Counted from the first letter of the stretch, positions 20,778 to 31,612 are shown. The stretch: DNA of 64,000 nucleotides from Geobacteraceae bacterium (GCA_017861285.1 JAGFXO010000001.1:115-64114), one strand, 5' to 3'. Numbers and translations: made by a program. The notes: generated from the letters alone by a model not told the origin.

Positions 20778-21416
20778 TCAGATGTTGCCTGTTGTTGCCT
20801 TCATATAGGGATTGTACATTTTTTCCCGACCCATGGTAGTTGCAGGACCATGCCCGGGGTACACGATGGTATCATCCGGAAGCCTGCTCAGTTTGTCGTG
20901 AATGCTTTTCATGAGCGAGTCGAGGGAGCCCCCGGGGAAATCCGTGCGCCCGATTGACCCGGCGAAGAGGGTATCGCCGGTAATGGCGATACCATTTACA
21001 TAAAAACAGCAACCTCCCGGAGTATGGCCCGGCGTGTGAAAAACTGTTATTTCGTAAGTACCGACCGGAATAATCATTCCATCGTCGAGGTTTCGCCGGG
21101 GAGGTGGGGAATTCTCCGAGCGGAGTCCATAGGCCGCGGCGGTCGAGACGGCCCGGGACAGGAGCGGAATATCGGCTTCATGAAGCAGCAGGTCCGCACC
21201 GGTTGCTTCCAGGATGGCGCGGTTTCCGCCAACATGATCGAAATGCCCGTGGGTATTCAGTACGTGAATTATTCGCAGACCAAGCCTCGAAAACCCGCTG
21301 ACAATCTTGTCAGCGTCGGCCCCCGGGTCGATAACGACACCTTCCATGGTCTTTTCGCAACCGAGAATGTAACAGTTGACCTCCAACGGTCCTACGACTA
21401 CGGTTTCCATAATCAT
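20778..21416 (-). CDS. MBL-fold metallo-hydrolase (glyoxalase II-like)
   Basis: 212 aa with an HxHxDH-type motif (THGHFDHVGG). Confidence 0.85.
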   Translation of the reverse strand: MIMETVVVGPLEVNCYILGCEKTMEGVVIDPGADADKIVSGFSRLGLRIIHVLNTHGHFDHVGGNRAILEATGADLLLHEADIPLLSRAVSTAAAYGLRSENSPPPRRNLDDGMIIPVGTYEITVFHTPGHTPGGCCFYVNGIAITGDTLFAGSIGRTDFPGGSLDSLMKSIHDKLSRLPDDTIVYPGHGPATTMGREKMYNPYMKATTGNI

Positions 21417-21434
21417 GAGCGGCCTTCCCCGTGA

Positions 21435-22535
21435 TCAAAAAAGTTCAAGATTTTTGTTCTGCAGCTTCTCGAACGGGTTGTTGTGAAACCCGTTCCGTTC
21501 CCTCTCGCTATTGCTGACCTGTTCCGGAGACTCCGGACTGTCCTGTATGGTATCGACCTCATGAAGGTCCCGTTCATCTTCCGACAAATAGTTCTCCTTG
21601 AAAAAATAGCGGTCATACAATCTGTGGTATGCCGTCCAGCGGGAATTATTCGCCGGCTCCTTTCTGATGTGCGTTCTGATACCGTTGATCTTGGAATCCA
21701 GGTCATCCAGATAATTGAGGATGGTTGCCTCGATAGTCTTGGGTCGTTTGGGCGAGCCGAATTCATACTGGCCATGATGCGAGAGAATCATATGCTTGAG
21801 GAGCATAGCCAGTTCAGTGGAAAACCCCGGGATGGCCGCAATTTTTTCCTGCACCATTTCCGTGCCGATGGTTATGTGACCGAGCAGTTTACCCTCATCG
21901 GTATAGTCGAAAGAGCGGAAATATGTCATCTCCCGAACCTTGCCGACATCATGAAGCAGCGCTCCGGCCACTAGAAGGTCACGATTGAGCCCTGGGTAGA
22001 GAGCTGTGATTACATCCACCAGCCTTGCGACTGAAAGCGAGTGCTCCAGCAAACCGCCAAGATAGACATGGTGCATACCTTTTGCGGCGGGGGCAATCCG
22101 GTACAGAGACAAAAATTCGGGGTCCTTGAAAAATGACGAGAGGAGCCTGAAAAGACTTTCATCCTCAAGTGATTCAACAAGTGCCTCGAGTTCAGCAATC
22201 ATCTCTTCTATATTGCGCTCAGCCTCAGGAAGAAAGTCGGCAAGACGGACCTCCTCCTCCGGCACTTTCGACAATTCACTGATAATCAACTGCATCTTTC
22301 CCAGATACACGGAAGCCTTCGACCGCACCGAAATAAAATCGTTCTTTTCGAACTTCAAGGTGATCGCATCCACATTATCCCATATTCTTCCCTCCATATC
22401 ACCGCTTTTGTCCATAAGCTGCAGGGTCATGTATGGTTTGCCGTTCTTTGCCATTGCCAGCGACTTGTCCTTTACCAGGAAAACCGACTCCACATGATCC
22501 CGATCCTTTATTTCGCTGATGAATATCTTGCTCAA
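21435..22535 (-). CDS. OB-fold plus HD-domain 3'-5' exoribonuclease (YhaM-like)
   Basis: HD domain (LLHDVGK, SHHG). The likely TTG start at 22535 is preceded by AAGGAG; the track start at 22571 would overlap the upstream gene by 35 nt. Confidence 0.75.
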   Translation of the reverse strand: MSKIFISEIKDRDHVESVFLVKDKSLAMAKNGKPYMTLQLMDKSGDMEGRIWDNVDAITLKFEKNDFISVRSKASVYLGKMQLIISELSKVPEEEVRLADFLPEAERNIEEMIAELEALVESLEDESLFRLLSSFFKDPEFLSLYRIAPAAKGMHHVYLGGLLEHSLSVARLVDVITALYPGLNRDLLVAGALLHDVGKVREMTYFRSFDYTDEGKLLGHITIGTEMVQEKIAAIPGFSTELAMLLKHMILSHHGQYEFGSPKRPKTIEATILNYLDDLDSKINGIRTHIRKEPANNSRWTAYHRLYDRYFFKENYLSEDERDLHEVDTIQDSPESPEQVSNSERERNGFHNNPFEKLQNKNLELF

Positions 22536-22536
22536 A

Positions 22537-24132
22537 TCATGCTCCTTTGCCTTCAATAATACGCCGGGCAATCCTGTCTGCAGCGCGTATGCCGTCCAGA
22601 GCGGCGCTCATTATGCCTCCGGCATAGCCTGCTCCCTCCCCGACAGGGTAAAGACCTTCCAAACTGACGGATTGCAGGTCATCACCGCGCACAATCCTTA
22701 CGGGTGCCGACGTCCTCGTTTCGATGCCGGTCAGTGTAGCCTCTTCCGTAATGAAACCCCGCATTTTCCGGTCGAAATAACATATCCCCTCCCTCATTGT
22801 TTCCGTAACATAATCGGGAAGCACCTCTCTCAGGTCTGCCTCGCGGACGCCGGGCCTGTATGTCGATGCAACAACGTTTGATCGGGACTGCCCGAGAAAA
22901 GCCAGCAGGTTCTGGGCAGGGGCAAAATAATTGCCGCCTCCAGCCAGAAAAGCCTTTCTCTCCCATAATCTTTGGAATTCTACGCCTGCCAGTGGGCTCT
23001 GTCCATGAAAATCACGTTCTCCTACCGGAACCACCAGCGCGCTGTTGGCAAAGGGAGAATTGCGCATGTAATTGCTCATTCCATTGCATACAACCATTCC
23101 GTCTTCGGAAGAACTTGCGACGACTACCCCCCCGGGACACATGCAAAAAGAGTAAAGTGAGCGCTTCGTGCCGGGATTATTGAACGCGAGAGCATAATCA
23201 GCCGCAGGCAGACCGGAATTGACCGGAGTCCCGTACTGAATGCGGTTTATCAACTCCTGGGGATGTTCGATGCGCAAGCCGACGGCAAATGGTTTGCTTT
23301 CGAGGCGAATTTGACGGCGCAGGAGCATCTCATATGTATCCCGGGCGCTGTGGCCGGGAGCAAGCACAAGGAAGTCACAGGAGAACTCATCACGGTCATC
23401 AAGTGTAACAGCAGCCAGCCGCTCTCCCCGGCAAACTATGTCGGTCAGCTTGCGCCTGAACATGATTTCAAAACCCGAATCTTCGAGATTCCTCCGTATT
23501 TCCCGGATAACCCGCCGCAGTCTGTCTGTACCGATATGCGGCTTTCCCAGATAGATGATTTCCGGAGGGGCGCCAAACTGGACAAATTTTTCCAGGACAT
23601 ATTCCATATTGTCGTCCCGTACTCGTGTCGTCAGTTTGCCGTCCGAGAATGTTCCCGCACCACCCTCGCCGAACTGAACATTGCTTTCGGGATCGAGTAC
23701 TCCCTTGGTCCAGAAGGACTGAACATCCCGCAGCCGTTCCTCAACGGGGCTGCCGCGTTCGACAATAGTCGCCGTCAAACCGAACTCGGATAGCCTCATT
23801 GCCGTGAACAGACCGGCCGGCCCCATTCCGACAATTATTATTCTGCTGTCACCCCGGATCCGGGAAAATGACTGCTTCTGTTTTTTCTCCACGACCTGAA
23901 TGTCGGCGTCATTGCCGAAACGCGCCAGGAAGGCAGTCTCATCGGCAACGGCAAACTCGATAGTATAGATATATTTGATGGAAGACTTTTTCCTTGCATC
24001 CAGCGATCTTCGGAGAATCCTGAAGGAGCCGAGTTCATCCTCTCCCAGAGAAAATCTGGCCAGCAGTTTTTCTCTCGCGGAATGCTCGTTTTCCCTGAAG
24101 TCGAGGGCGAGGTTGCGCAGTATCAGCGGCAC
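22537..24132 (-). CDS. FAD-dependent oxidoreductase of unknown function (COG2509-like)
   Basis: 531 aa with a GMGPAG dinucleotide-binding motif and a GTG start. Confidence 0.8.
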   Translation of the reverse strand: MPLILRNLALDFRENEHSAREKLLARFSLGEDELGSFRILRRSLDARKKSSIKYIYTIEFAVADETAFLARFGNDADIQVVEKKQKQSFSRIRGDSRIIIVGMGPAGLFTAMRLSEFGLTATIVERGSPVEERLRDVQSFWTKGVLDPESNVQFGEGGAGTFSDGKLTTRVRDDNMEYVLEKFVQFGAPPEIIYLGKPHIGTDRLRRVIREIRRNLEDSGFEIMFRRKLTDIVCRGERLAAVTLDDRDEFSCDFLVLAPGHSARDTYEMLLRRQIRLESKPFAVGLRIEHPQELINRIQYGTPVNSGLPAADYALAFNNPGTKRSLYSFCMCPGGVVVASSSEDGMVVCNGMSNYMRNSPFANSALVVPVGERDFHGQSPLAGVEFQRLWERKAFLAGGGNYFAPAQNLLAFLGQSRSNVVASTYRPGVREADLREVLPDYVTETMREGICYFDRKMRGFITEEATLTGIETRTSAPVRIVRGDDLQSVSLEGLYPVGEGAGYAGGIMSAALDGIRAADRIARRIIEGKGA

Positions 24133-24144
24133 GGGGAAATACCT

Positions 24145-24555
24145 CTAAGAAGAACCTTTCTGCATATTTTTCCGGTATAAGAGCTGTTCGACTATGATGA
24201 CCACATCCAGGGGGCTGGTGGATTTGGGGATATGAACCTTGGCCCCCATCTCCGCCATCCCGTGCTCGTGGGGTGCTCCGCGAAACATCGATGTCATCAG
24301 AATCATGATCGGATCTTTTTCCCCCGCTAGACGTGATATTTCAAGGCACGTGCTGACCCCTCCCATCTTCGGCATGATCAGGTCGGAAATAACCACATCC
24401 GGACAATTGTCCAGATATGCTCTGATACCTGCTATCCCGTCAGCGGCTGTGGTTACGGCAAAGCCATTATCCTGAAAGGCATCCGACATCACTTTCAAAA
24501 AAAACGGGTCGTCATCAATGATGAGAATTCTGGCGCGGCAGTTTTCCATGAACAC
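24145..24555 (-). CDS. Single-domain response regulator (CheY-like receiver)
   Basis: 136 aa receiver domain (ILIIDDD...ISDLIMP...K). Confidence 0.85.
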   Translation of the reverse strand: MFMENCRARILIIDDDPFFLKVMSDAFQDNGFAVTTAADGIAGIRAYLDNCPDVVISDLIMPKMGGVSTCLEISRLAGEKDPIMILMTSMFRGAPHEHGMAEMGAKVHIPKSTSPLDVVIIVEQLLYRKNMQKGSS

Positions 24556-24614
24556 CTCGGGATCAAGTGAAGGAATACTACAACAATATGGTGTGAAAGA
24601 AAAGGGGGAACGGC

Positions 24615-25805
24615 TCAGAGGATCGTCAGTCCCGTCAAAGGCAGAGATATGTTGAAGGATGCACCCTTCCCGTCGGTGTCTTCAATTTCAATTTTGCCAT
24701 TATATGTTTTGACGACACGGAGCACTACGGAAAGGCCAAGACCGGTTCCGGTCTTTTTCGTCGTAAAAAATGGATCAAAAACTTTATTGAGGTTTTCCTG
24801 CGGTATTCCCTTGCCGGTATCCGAAATCTTTATCACGATATCCTTGTCGTTGTGGTCGAGAAGAATGGACAATGAACCGCCTTCGTGCATCTCATCTATC
24901 GAATTGACGAACAGGTTGCTGAAGATCTGTTCTATTTCCAGAGGATCCGCCGCTATCGGCGGAGGTATGCGACGGAAATCACGGGTTACAAGAATCTTGT
25001 GCATTTCTATCCGTGATTTGAGAAAACCGAGAGTATTGTCGATTATCTTATCGATCAGGACCTCCTTGATCTCGAACTTGGGGCGTTTCACTGCGTCGAG
25101 CAGTTTTCGAAGGATTCCATCGATTCGAGAAATTTCCATCATGATCTTTTCCGTATACTCAACCTTTTCGGGGTCGTTCAGGCCGCTCTTGATAAGCTGC
25201 ACGAAGAGAGAAATGGAGTTCAGAGGGTTGCGTATCTCATGGGCCATTCCCGCCGAAAAAAAGCCCAGGGTCGACAACTTTTCAGACTGGATGATTTCCG
25301 CCTGGGCTTTTTTCAGCTCGAGGGTTTTCTCTTGTACCCTGGCCTCGAGTTCGCGGTTCCATTCCTCGATCTCCCGCAGCAGCCTTTCCCGCTCTCGGAG
25401 AAGTTCGCGGTTCTTCAATTCGACCTGTCGTATCAGGAGGACCTTTTGTACCCTTTCAATAAGATCCTTATTGACAAAAGGTTTCAGTATGTAGTCCGAA
25501 GCTCCCGCCTTCATGAGCTCAACGGCTATTTCCTCGCTCCCTTTACCGGTGAACATGATCACGTAGGTATCGGGATAACGTCGTCGTATCTCCCTCAGGG
25601 CCGACAAACCGTCCATACCCGGCATCATATAATCTACGATCGCCAGATCCGGCTTTTCTGCTTCAATGATGGAAAGGGCTTCAATGGCGCTGGATGCCGC
25701 AAGGGCTCTGAACCCGCGATTTCTCAAAAGAATGGAAATCAGGTCAAGGTTTACCGTTTCATCATCGACGACAAGAATCGTGCTTTTTTCGGGTGTTTTC
25801 ACCAT
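24615..25805 (-). CDS. Receiver-domain-containing histidine kinase (REC, coiled coil, HisKA, HATPase)
   Basis: 396 aa. H-box GMAHEIRNPL, followed by N, G1 and G2 boxes (DTGKGI, GTGLGLS). Confidence 0.9.
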   Translation of the reverse strand: MVKTPEKSTILVVDDETVNLDLISILLRNRGFRALAASSAIEALSIIEAEKPDLAIVDYMMPGMDGLSALREIRRRYPDTYVIMFTGKGSEEIAVELMKAGASDYILKPFVNKDLIERVQKVLLIRQVELKNRELLRERERLLREIEEWNRELEARVQEKTLELKKAQAEIIQSEKLSTLGFFSAGMAHEIRNPLNSISLFVQLIKSGLNDPEKVEYTEKIMMEISRIDGILRKLLDAVKRPKFEIKEVLIDKIIDNTLGFLKSRIEMHKILVTRDFRRIPPPIAADPLEIEQIFSNLFVNSIDEMHEGGSLSILLDHNDKDIVIKISDTGKGIPQENLNKVFDPFFTTKKTGTGLGLSVVLRVVKTYNGKIEIEDTDGKGASFNISLPLTGLTIL

Positions 25806-25869
25806 GTATCATTCCTTCATCCGCACTGCTCAACTCTACTATACTGAAAGCGACATTTCTTGCAACATG

Positions 25870-25892
25870 AAAAAAGGCAGCCTGAGCTGCCT
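25870..25892 (-). terminator. Rho-independent terminator after the usp gene
   Basis: Stem AGGCAGC/GCTGCCT with a 4-nt loop, followed by a T-run on the minus strand. Confidence 0.55.
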
Positions 25893-25918
25893 TTCTTTCG
25901 GTTGATAATTCCTGATAT

Positions 25919-26374
25919 TTAAACGGCTGATTCCACCGGGCGCACAGACATCACAGGACAGGATGACTTCCTGACAACCCTCTCGGCGGTGCTCCCAAAC
26001 AGAAAATGATCGATCCCGGCCCGGCCATGGGTTCCCAGGACAATCAGATCGACATGTTCGGTTTCGGCCTTCCTGAGCACTTCCTCGTACGGTATTCCGG
26101 TCACCGTACATTTCTCGAAATTTGCATAACTTTTCAGCTTCTGGGCACAGAACTTGTCCATCATCTTTTCGGCACTCAATGCAATTTCATGTTCTATTGA
26201 TTCAAAAGATATGTGGGGCACGTAGAACCCACGCAGATCAACCGGTTCATTAATTACATGAATGATGATCAGCCGCGAACCGAATTTTTCCGCAAGTGTC
26301 AAAGCATAATCAAATGCGTACTCCGAAATTTCGGAAAAGTCGGTTGCAAAAAGTATTTTCTTGAATTCTCTCAT
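25919..26374 (-). CDS. Universal stress protein (UspA family)
   Basis: 151 aa from the ATG at 26374. KILFATDFS N-terminus and GTHGR...GS ATP-binding motif. Confidence 0.85.
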   Translation of the reverse strand: MREFKKILFATDFSEISEYAFDYALTLAEKFGSRLIIIHVINEPVDLRGFYVPHISFESIEHEIALSAEKMMDKFCAQKLKSYANFEKCTVTGIPYEEVLRKAETEHVDLIVLGTHGRAGIDHFLFGSTAERVVRKSSCPVMSVRPVESAV

Positions 26375-26438
26375 CACATGCCCCTTTCGATCGAGGTTAA
26401 TCGTGTCGCTGAAAGAACGGCAGTTTTGCAGCACACTG

Positions 26439-26882
26439 TCAATGAATGGTTTCCCGCAAAACTTTTTTCAGAACCAGTTTCAATTCGTCAATTTTTACCG
26501 GTTTATTGATATATTCGAAAGCCCCCAGATTCATTGCCTCAAGGTACGATTCGACGCCGCCATAGGCCGTAACCATAATCACATTCATTTTCGGAAAGCT
26601 TCTGTTCAATTCTTTCAGAAACGAAATACCGTCCATTTCCGGCATATTTATATCGGTAACGATAATCTGAACCGGTTGGTGTCGCAAATAGTTCAGGGCT
26701 TCGTACCCGTTTGCCACACTTTCTACCAGAAATCCCTCCTTTGCAAGGAGCCTGGTAAGTGCCATGCGGGCATTTTCCTCATCATCAACAACCAGAATTC
26801 TTGTCGCACCTTTTGCCAAGTCAGCACCCAAATTTTTGATATTATTCGTGATTAAGTGTAGCATCGCCCCCTGTCCTGTCAA
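26439..26882 (-). CDS. Single-domain response regulator
   Basis: Receiver domain (ILVVDDEE...VTDINMP...K). Confidence 0.8.
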   Translation of the reverse strand: MTGQGAMLHLITNNIKNLGADLAKGATRILVVDDEENARMALTRLLAKEGFLVESVANGYEALNYLRHQPVQIIVTDINMPEMDGISFLKELNRSFPKMNVIMVTAYGGVESYLEAMNLGAFEYINKPVKIDELKLVLKKVLRETIH

Positions 26883-26911
26883 GCCGCGTCAACTCAAAAA
26901 ACCTTTGCGGA

Positions 26912-27763
26912 TCAGCTTTCGCCGTCTTCCGTCTTCAACCTGATATAAGCGGATTCCCCGCTTTTGCCAAAAGGCTTCATCGTCCTGCCGTTAAATTCCG
27001 CTTCAATGCCGCCAGCATTCCCGATTTCGAGGGTGAAGGACTTTTCACCCTTCCACTCGATGAAATCCCCGGACTTTAATTCATAGTGCTGGTTTATTGA
27101 ATCATCGATGGTGATATCGAGCCAGCCGTCCTCAATCACCTTTATCTTGAGCACCATTCCTTTGTTCACGGGTGGAATGGAATCCATAAAAGCCGTATCT
27201 TCACTGGATTGATCATGACTGCCCGGATCTTCGGCAGCCTGGTTATCTTCAGTTTTTGCGGCAGGGAGTTCCGACGAAGTAACATTTCCTGGAGGCGGTG
27301 CGGCAGGAGGAATTCCCACGGGCTCTCCCGTGTTCGTTTTCCTCGTACGCGCGGGAGTCAGAAAGAACCAGGATGCGAAGAGAACGAGAATGAGGACCGG
27401 CACGACCAGCTTCCACAATGTACAGGAAGGCAGCGAGCGTCTCTTATTGTCTTGTGGGTCTCTTACGGGAAGGTCCTGGTTCTCCGCATCTGCAGGGATG
27501 GAAGGGGTGTTTTTTTCGTACAAGTGAAGAATTTCATTTTCCGGAAGTTTCAGATACGAGGCATACCCGCGGAGAAACCCCTTGGCATAGACCTCGCTCG
27601 GAAGCCGTTCATACTTTTCTTCTTCAAGCGCCTGCAAATAAGCCCTTCCAATGCGTGTAACAGCCGAGGCGTCATCCAGGCTGAGCCCTAATGACTCACG
27701 GGCCTTCCTGAGTGCTGCTCCTACCGACTTCACCTCCTGATCCGATGTGTGTGAGTCAATCAC
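26912..27763 (-). CDS. rodZ: RodZ-like cytoskeleton protein (HTH, TM, DUF4115)
   Basis: N-terminal XRE-type HTH, a central TM helix, a Pro-rich linker and a C-terminal beta domain. Synteny with the pilW-like gene and rlmN. Confidence 0.7.
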   Translation of the reverse strand: MIDSHTSDQEVKSVGAALRKARESLGLSLDDASAVTRIGRAYLQALEEEKYERLPSEVYAKGFLRGYASYLKLPENEILHLYEKNTPSIPADAENQDLPVRDPQDNKRRSLPSCTLWKLVVPVLILVLFASWFFLTPARTRKTNTGEPVGIPPAAPPPGNVTSSELPAAKTEDNQAAEDPGSHDQSSEDTAFMDSIPPVNKGMVLKIKVIEDGWLDITIDDSINQHYELKSGDFIEWKGEKSFTLEIGNAGGIEAEFNGRTMKPFGKSGESAYIRLKTEDGES

Positions 27764-27772
27764 GATAGCCTC

Positions 27773-28516
27773 TCATTTCAATGATTCCAGATATTCTCTG
27801 GAGAGCTGGCCGATCTCGAGGTCCGGCGCCAGGCGTATAACTTCCATGAAAGCCGATTTCGCTGATTCGTTCTCGTGTATTTTCATATAGGCAAGTCCAA
27901 GATGATAATACGCCTTTGCATAATCCTTATCCAGTTCCACTGCCCGTTTATACTCCGTAATCGCAAGGTTGTTTTTCCCGGATGCGAAGTAGACCCTGCC
28001 GAGATCCAGCCTTGCTCTCTGATCGGAAGGATTATTGGCAACGGCTGACCGAAAAACCGCCAACGCCTTATCGGAATCGCCTTTGCCGAAGTAGGCCCGC
28101 CCCAAGTGTATCAGGGCTGTCTGCTGGTCAGGATAAAAAATGTCGTCCGCCACCAATTTGAATTGCATGATAGCATCATCCCATCTGCCCATCACCAGAT
28201 AGTTGAGCCCAAGATTGTTCCTTGCCTCAGAAAAATCGGGTTTCAACGAGATGGCCTTCAGGAATTTCTGCTCGGCAATCGCGTATTTGTTTTTATTGAA
28301 ATAAGCCAATCCAAGGGCATTGAGCACATTGGGATCGTCGGGAGTCAGTTTTTCCGCTTCCGTCAACTCTATGAGGGCACCGGTCATATTATTCTCGCCC
28401 AGGTATGACAGGCCCATCTGGTAATGATACGAAGCCTGCTCTCTTGAAGACCCGAGCCCGGCACACGATGAAAGTAAAACTGCGACAAAAAGAATATGCG
28501 GAAGCAGATATTTCAT
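27773..28516 (-). CDS. TPR-repeat lipoprotein (PilW/PilF-like)
   Basis: Lipobox LLSSC at the N-terminus counted from the ATG at 28516, followed by multiple TPR repeats. Confidence 0.75.
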   Translation of the reverse strand: MKYLLPHILFVAVLLSSCAGLGSSREQASYHYQMGLSYLGENNMTGALIELTEAEKLTPDDPNVLNALGLAYFNKNKYAIAEQKFLKAISLKPDFSEARNNLGLNYLVMGRWDDAIMQFKLVADDIFYPDQQTALIHLGRAYFGKGDSDKALAVFRSAVANNPSDQRARLDLGRVYFASGKNNLAITEYKRAVELDKDYAKAYYHLGLAYMKIHENESAKSAFMEVIRLAPDLEIGQLSREYLESLK

Positions 28517-28567
28517 AGAAGCCACCCTTCTTATTTGGACATGAAAGCTAAAACCGATCACCGCAGG

Positions 28568-29497
28568 TTACACGGAAATTCCCATTTCCGGAAGTCCCTC
28601 GAAGTGCGTCATTGCCTTCAGGCTGCGGTACCGCTCTTCTATCTCCCTGTAGTTGAGCTTTTTCAGTCTGTTCAGGCTGAAATCCTCGACCGTGAATGAT
28701 GCCATGACGCTGCCGAAAATGATTGCCTTGCGTATACCATCATCGGAAATATCCCCCGTGTTGGCAAGGTACCCCATGAACCCGCCCGCAAAAGTGTCTC
28801 CGGCCCCGGTAGGATCGAAAACCTCCTCCAAAGGATATGCCGGAGCGGAGAAGACCGACGAGCCGTTAAACATGAGGACCCCATACTCCCCGCGTTTGAC
28901 AATGAGGGTCTTGACTCCGATGTCGAGCAGTTTTCTCGCGGCTTTCACCAGGTTCGGCTCCTGCGAGAGCTGGCGGGCTTCAGCATCGTTGATGATGAGT
29001 ATATCGACGTTTTTGACCACAGTACGCAGCGACTCCGGTTTTGAGGATATCCAGTAGTTCATGGTATCGCTGGCGATGATTTTCGGATTGTTGACCTGCC
29101 TGAGAACGTCCATCTGCAGGTCAGGATCTATATTGGCAAGGAAGAGATAGTCACTGTCAGCATATGATGACGGTATTCTTGGCTTGAAGGATTCGAAAAC
29201 ATTCAGGTGAGTTGCCAGCGTATGCGCCTCATTGAGATCATAACCGTACCTTCCCTCCCAATGAAAGGTTTTCCCCGGGTCTCTTGCCAAGCCCTGCAAA
29301 TCGATGCCTCGTGATGCAAGGAAGTCGATATGCTCCTGCGGAAAATCTTCTCCAACCACCGCGACGATATTTACGTCGGTAAAAAAACTGGCGGACGTGG
29401 AAAAATACGCCGCCGAGCCGCCGAGCACATTATGTGCCTTGCCGAAGGGTGTTTCAACGGAGTCGAAAGCTACCGACCCAACCACAAGAATACTCAT
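28568..29497 (-). CDS. PfkB-family carbohydrate/nucleoside kinase
   Basis: About 309 aa from the ATG at 29497 (AAGGAG RBS). DPTGAGDTFAGGF motif. Confidence 0.85.
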   Translation of the reverse strand: MSILVVGSVAFDSVETPFGKAHNVLGGSAAYFSTSASFFTDVNIVAVVGEDFPQEHIDFLASRGIDLQGLARDPGKTFHWEGRYGYDLNEAHTLATHLNVFESFKPRIPSSYADSDYLFLANIDPDLQMDVLRQVNNPKIIASDTMNYWISSKPESLRTVVKNVDILIINDAEARQLSQEPNLVKAARKLLDIGVKTLIVKRGEYGVLMFNGSSVFSAPAYPLEEVFDPTGAGDTFAGGFMGYLANTGDISDDGIRKAIIFGSVMASFTVEDFSLNRLKKLNYREIEERYRSLKAMTHFEGLPEMGISV

Positions 29498-29641
29498 TTC
29501 CGTGTTCTCCTTACCAAGAAATACGAACCTGATATAACCGGCCGATCGCTGAACATCTCTCCACTTACCGAGCAAAGAAGCAATTGTAGGTCGCGGATTT
29601 TCCCCTCACCCTTCATATGGACGGGAAAAACCGCTGCCATG

Positions 29642-30508
29642 CTACAACAGATATTTCCCCGCAATAATGTCGAGGTCAGCCCTGGCTTGATCGGAAATCG
29701 CCGATCTCTCGGTAATGATCGCGTACTTCAAGGCAGTTGGGCATGGGCACGATCGCTCCCCGTTAATATGACGCACGGCATTTTTTATGATTGCCTTGGC
29801 CGTTGCAACATTCTGCCTGATTATTGCCAGGATGGCATCTACCGAAACGTCTTCATGTGATTCGTGCCAGCAGTCGTAATCGGTTGCAAGGGCGATAACA
29901 CCATAGCATATCTCTGCTTCCCTGGCCAGTTTTGCCTCGGGAACGTTGGTCATACCGATGACAGAGACTCCAAAGGCCCGATACATGTTCGATTCCGCCC
30001 GGGTTGAGAAGGCAGGGCCTTCCATACAAATGTATGTACCGCCGCAATGTACGGTCGCCTTTGCCTCCACCGCCGCATCGTAAAGGATCTTACCGAGTTC
30101 ACCGCAGACAGGATCCGCGAACTGGACATGAGCCACGATTCCATTGCCGAAAAAAGTATTGACTCTGGCACCGTTGGTACGATCGATAAACTGGTCTGGA
30201 ATAACGATGTGCCCCGGGGCGATCTCTTCTTTCATACTGCCGACTGCAGAGACCGAAACGAGGTGTGTCACCCCGAGTTTTTTCATACCGTATACATTGG
30301 CCCGGTAGTTCACTTCCGTTGGAAGCAGCCGGTGACCTCTGCCATGACGGGGAAGGAACACCATTTTCACCCCGTCCAGGGTACCCGTTATAAATTCATC
30401 GGATGGCGCACCGAACGGGGTCTCGAGGATGACGCGACTGATGTCGCTCAAACCGTCCAGTTCATAGAGTCCACTGCCGCCTATCACACCTATAGTGCTC
30501 TCTTCCAT
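29642..30508 (-). CDS. mtnP: S-methyl-5'-thioadenosine phosphorylase
   Basis: About 288 aa from the ATG at 30508 (GGAGG RBS). GVIGGSGLY N-terminus and PNP/MTAP fold. Confidence 0.9.
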   Translation of the reverse strand: MEESTIGVIGGSGLYELDGLSDISRVILETPFGAPSDEFITGTLDGVKMVFLPRHGRGHRLLPTEVNYRANVYGMKKLGVTHLVSVSAVGSMKEEIAPGHIVIPDQFIDRTNGARVNTFFGNGIVAHVQFADPVCGELGKILYDAAVEAKATVHCGGTYICMEGPAFSTRAESNMYRAFGVSVIGMTNVPEAKLAREAEICYGVIALATDYDCWHESHEDVSVDAILAIIRQNVATAKAIIKNAVRHINGERSCPCPTALKYAIITERSAISDQARADLDIIAGKYLL

Positions 30509-30565
30509 TTTTCCTCCAGGAAATCCGCTGATGGAATGCAAACCCCGAACTGGATTGGTATGAAC

Positions 30566-31600
30566 TTACGCCGAAGTTTTGCGTCTTTCAAGTTTTCCCT
30601 TGAGCTGACCGCAAGCAGCGGAAATGTCCCCTCCCCTGCTGGTGCGGGTAATGACCGTAATGTTCTTATCCAGCAGATATTTGTGGAAACGGTCAATTGC
30701 GGACTGGTCAGGGCTCTTGTACGAACAGCCCTCAAATTCGTTAAACGGGATCAGGTTCACTTTGGAAGGGATGCCGTGAATAAGCTTCACAAACCGCTTC
30801 GCATCATCGAGGGAATCATTGATACCGCCGATGAGGACATATTCGAATGTTATCATCCTTCTGGAAGGAAGAGGGAATTTTCCGCACGCAGCAAGAAGTT
30901 CACGAAGGGGGTATTTCCGGTTGATAGGCATCAGCCGGTCGCGTTGCTCATCGGTCGTGGCATTGAGAGAAACGGCAAGGTTCACCGTTACCAGATTTCC
31001 CAGCTGCTCCATCTCGGGCAGAAGCCCCGAAGTTGAAACCGTTACCCTGCGATTCGAAAACTGCATCCCGTCAGGGCTTATGAGGATTTTAATCGCCTTG
31101 ACGACATTTTCAAGGTTCGACAGTGGTTCCCCCATGCCCATGAAGACAATATTCCTGATTTCATGCGTATTCTTCACGGCGCATACCTGGTTTACGATCT
31201 CTGCGCAGGTCAGGTCACGCTCGAGGCTGAAGCTTCCGGTCAGGCAAAAACCGCAGCCCATGGCGCAGCCGACCTGGCTGGAAACGCAGAGGGTATTGCG
31301 GTCTTCATCGGGTATCAGCACCGACTCGACGCACGCATTGTCTTCGAGCCGGAAAAGATATTTCCTGGTGCCGTCAGAGGAAGACTCCTCTATTTCGGGC
31401 TTCAGGGCACTTACGTACGCACGGGTTGAGAGATCATTCCGGAAATCTTTCGAGAGATTGGTCATCTGGTCGAAATCGATGATGTTCTTCTGATAAATCC
31501 ACTTGAATATCTGCCTTGCCCGGTATTTTTCCTTGCCAAGCCCGTGAAGGAAAGATTCAAGTTCTTCAAGGCTGAGATTTTTGATATCAACTTTATTCAT
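30566..31600 (-). CDS. rlmN: 23S rRNA/tRNA adenine-C2 methyltransferase (radical SAM)
   Basis: 344 aa with the CAMGCGFC cluster and a C-terminal catalytic CGQL. Confidence 0.95.
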   Translation of the reverse strand: MNKVDIKNLSLEELESFLHGLGKEKYRARQIFKWIYQKNIIDFDQMTNLSKDFRNDLSTRAYVSALKPEIEESSSDGTRKYLFRLEDNACVESVLIPDEDRNTLCVSSQVGCAMGCGFCLTGSFSLERDLTCAEIVNQVCAVKNTHEIRNIVFMGMGEPLSNLENVVKAIKILISPDGMQFSNRRVTVSTSGLLPEMEQLGNLVTVNLAVSLNATTDEQRDRLMPINRKYPLRELLAACGKFPLPSRRMITFEYVLIGGINDSLDDAKRFVKLIHGIPSKVNLIPFNEFEGCSYKSPDQSAIDRFHKYLLDKNITVITRTSRGGDISAACGQLKGKLERRKTSA

Positions 31601-31612
31601 AGTCTGGATATG

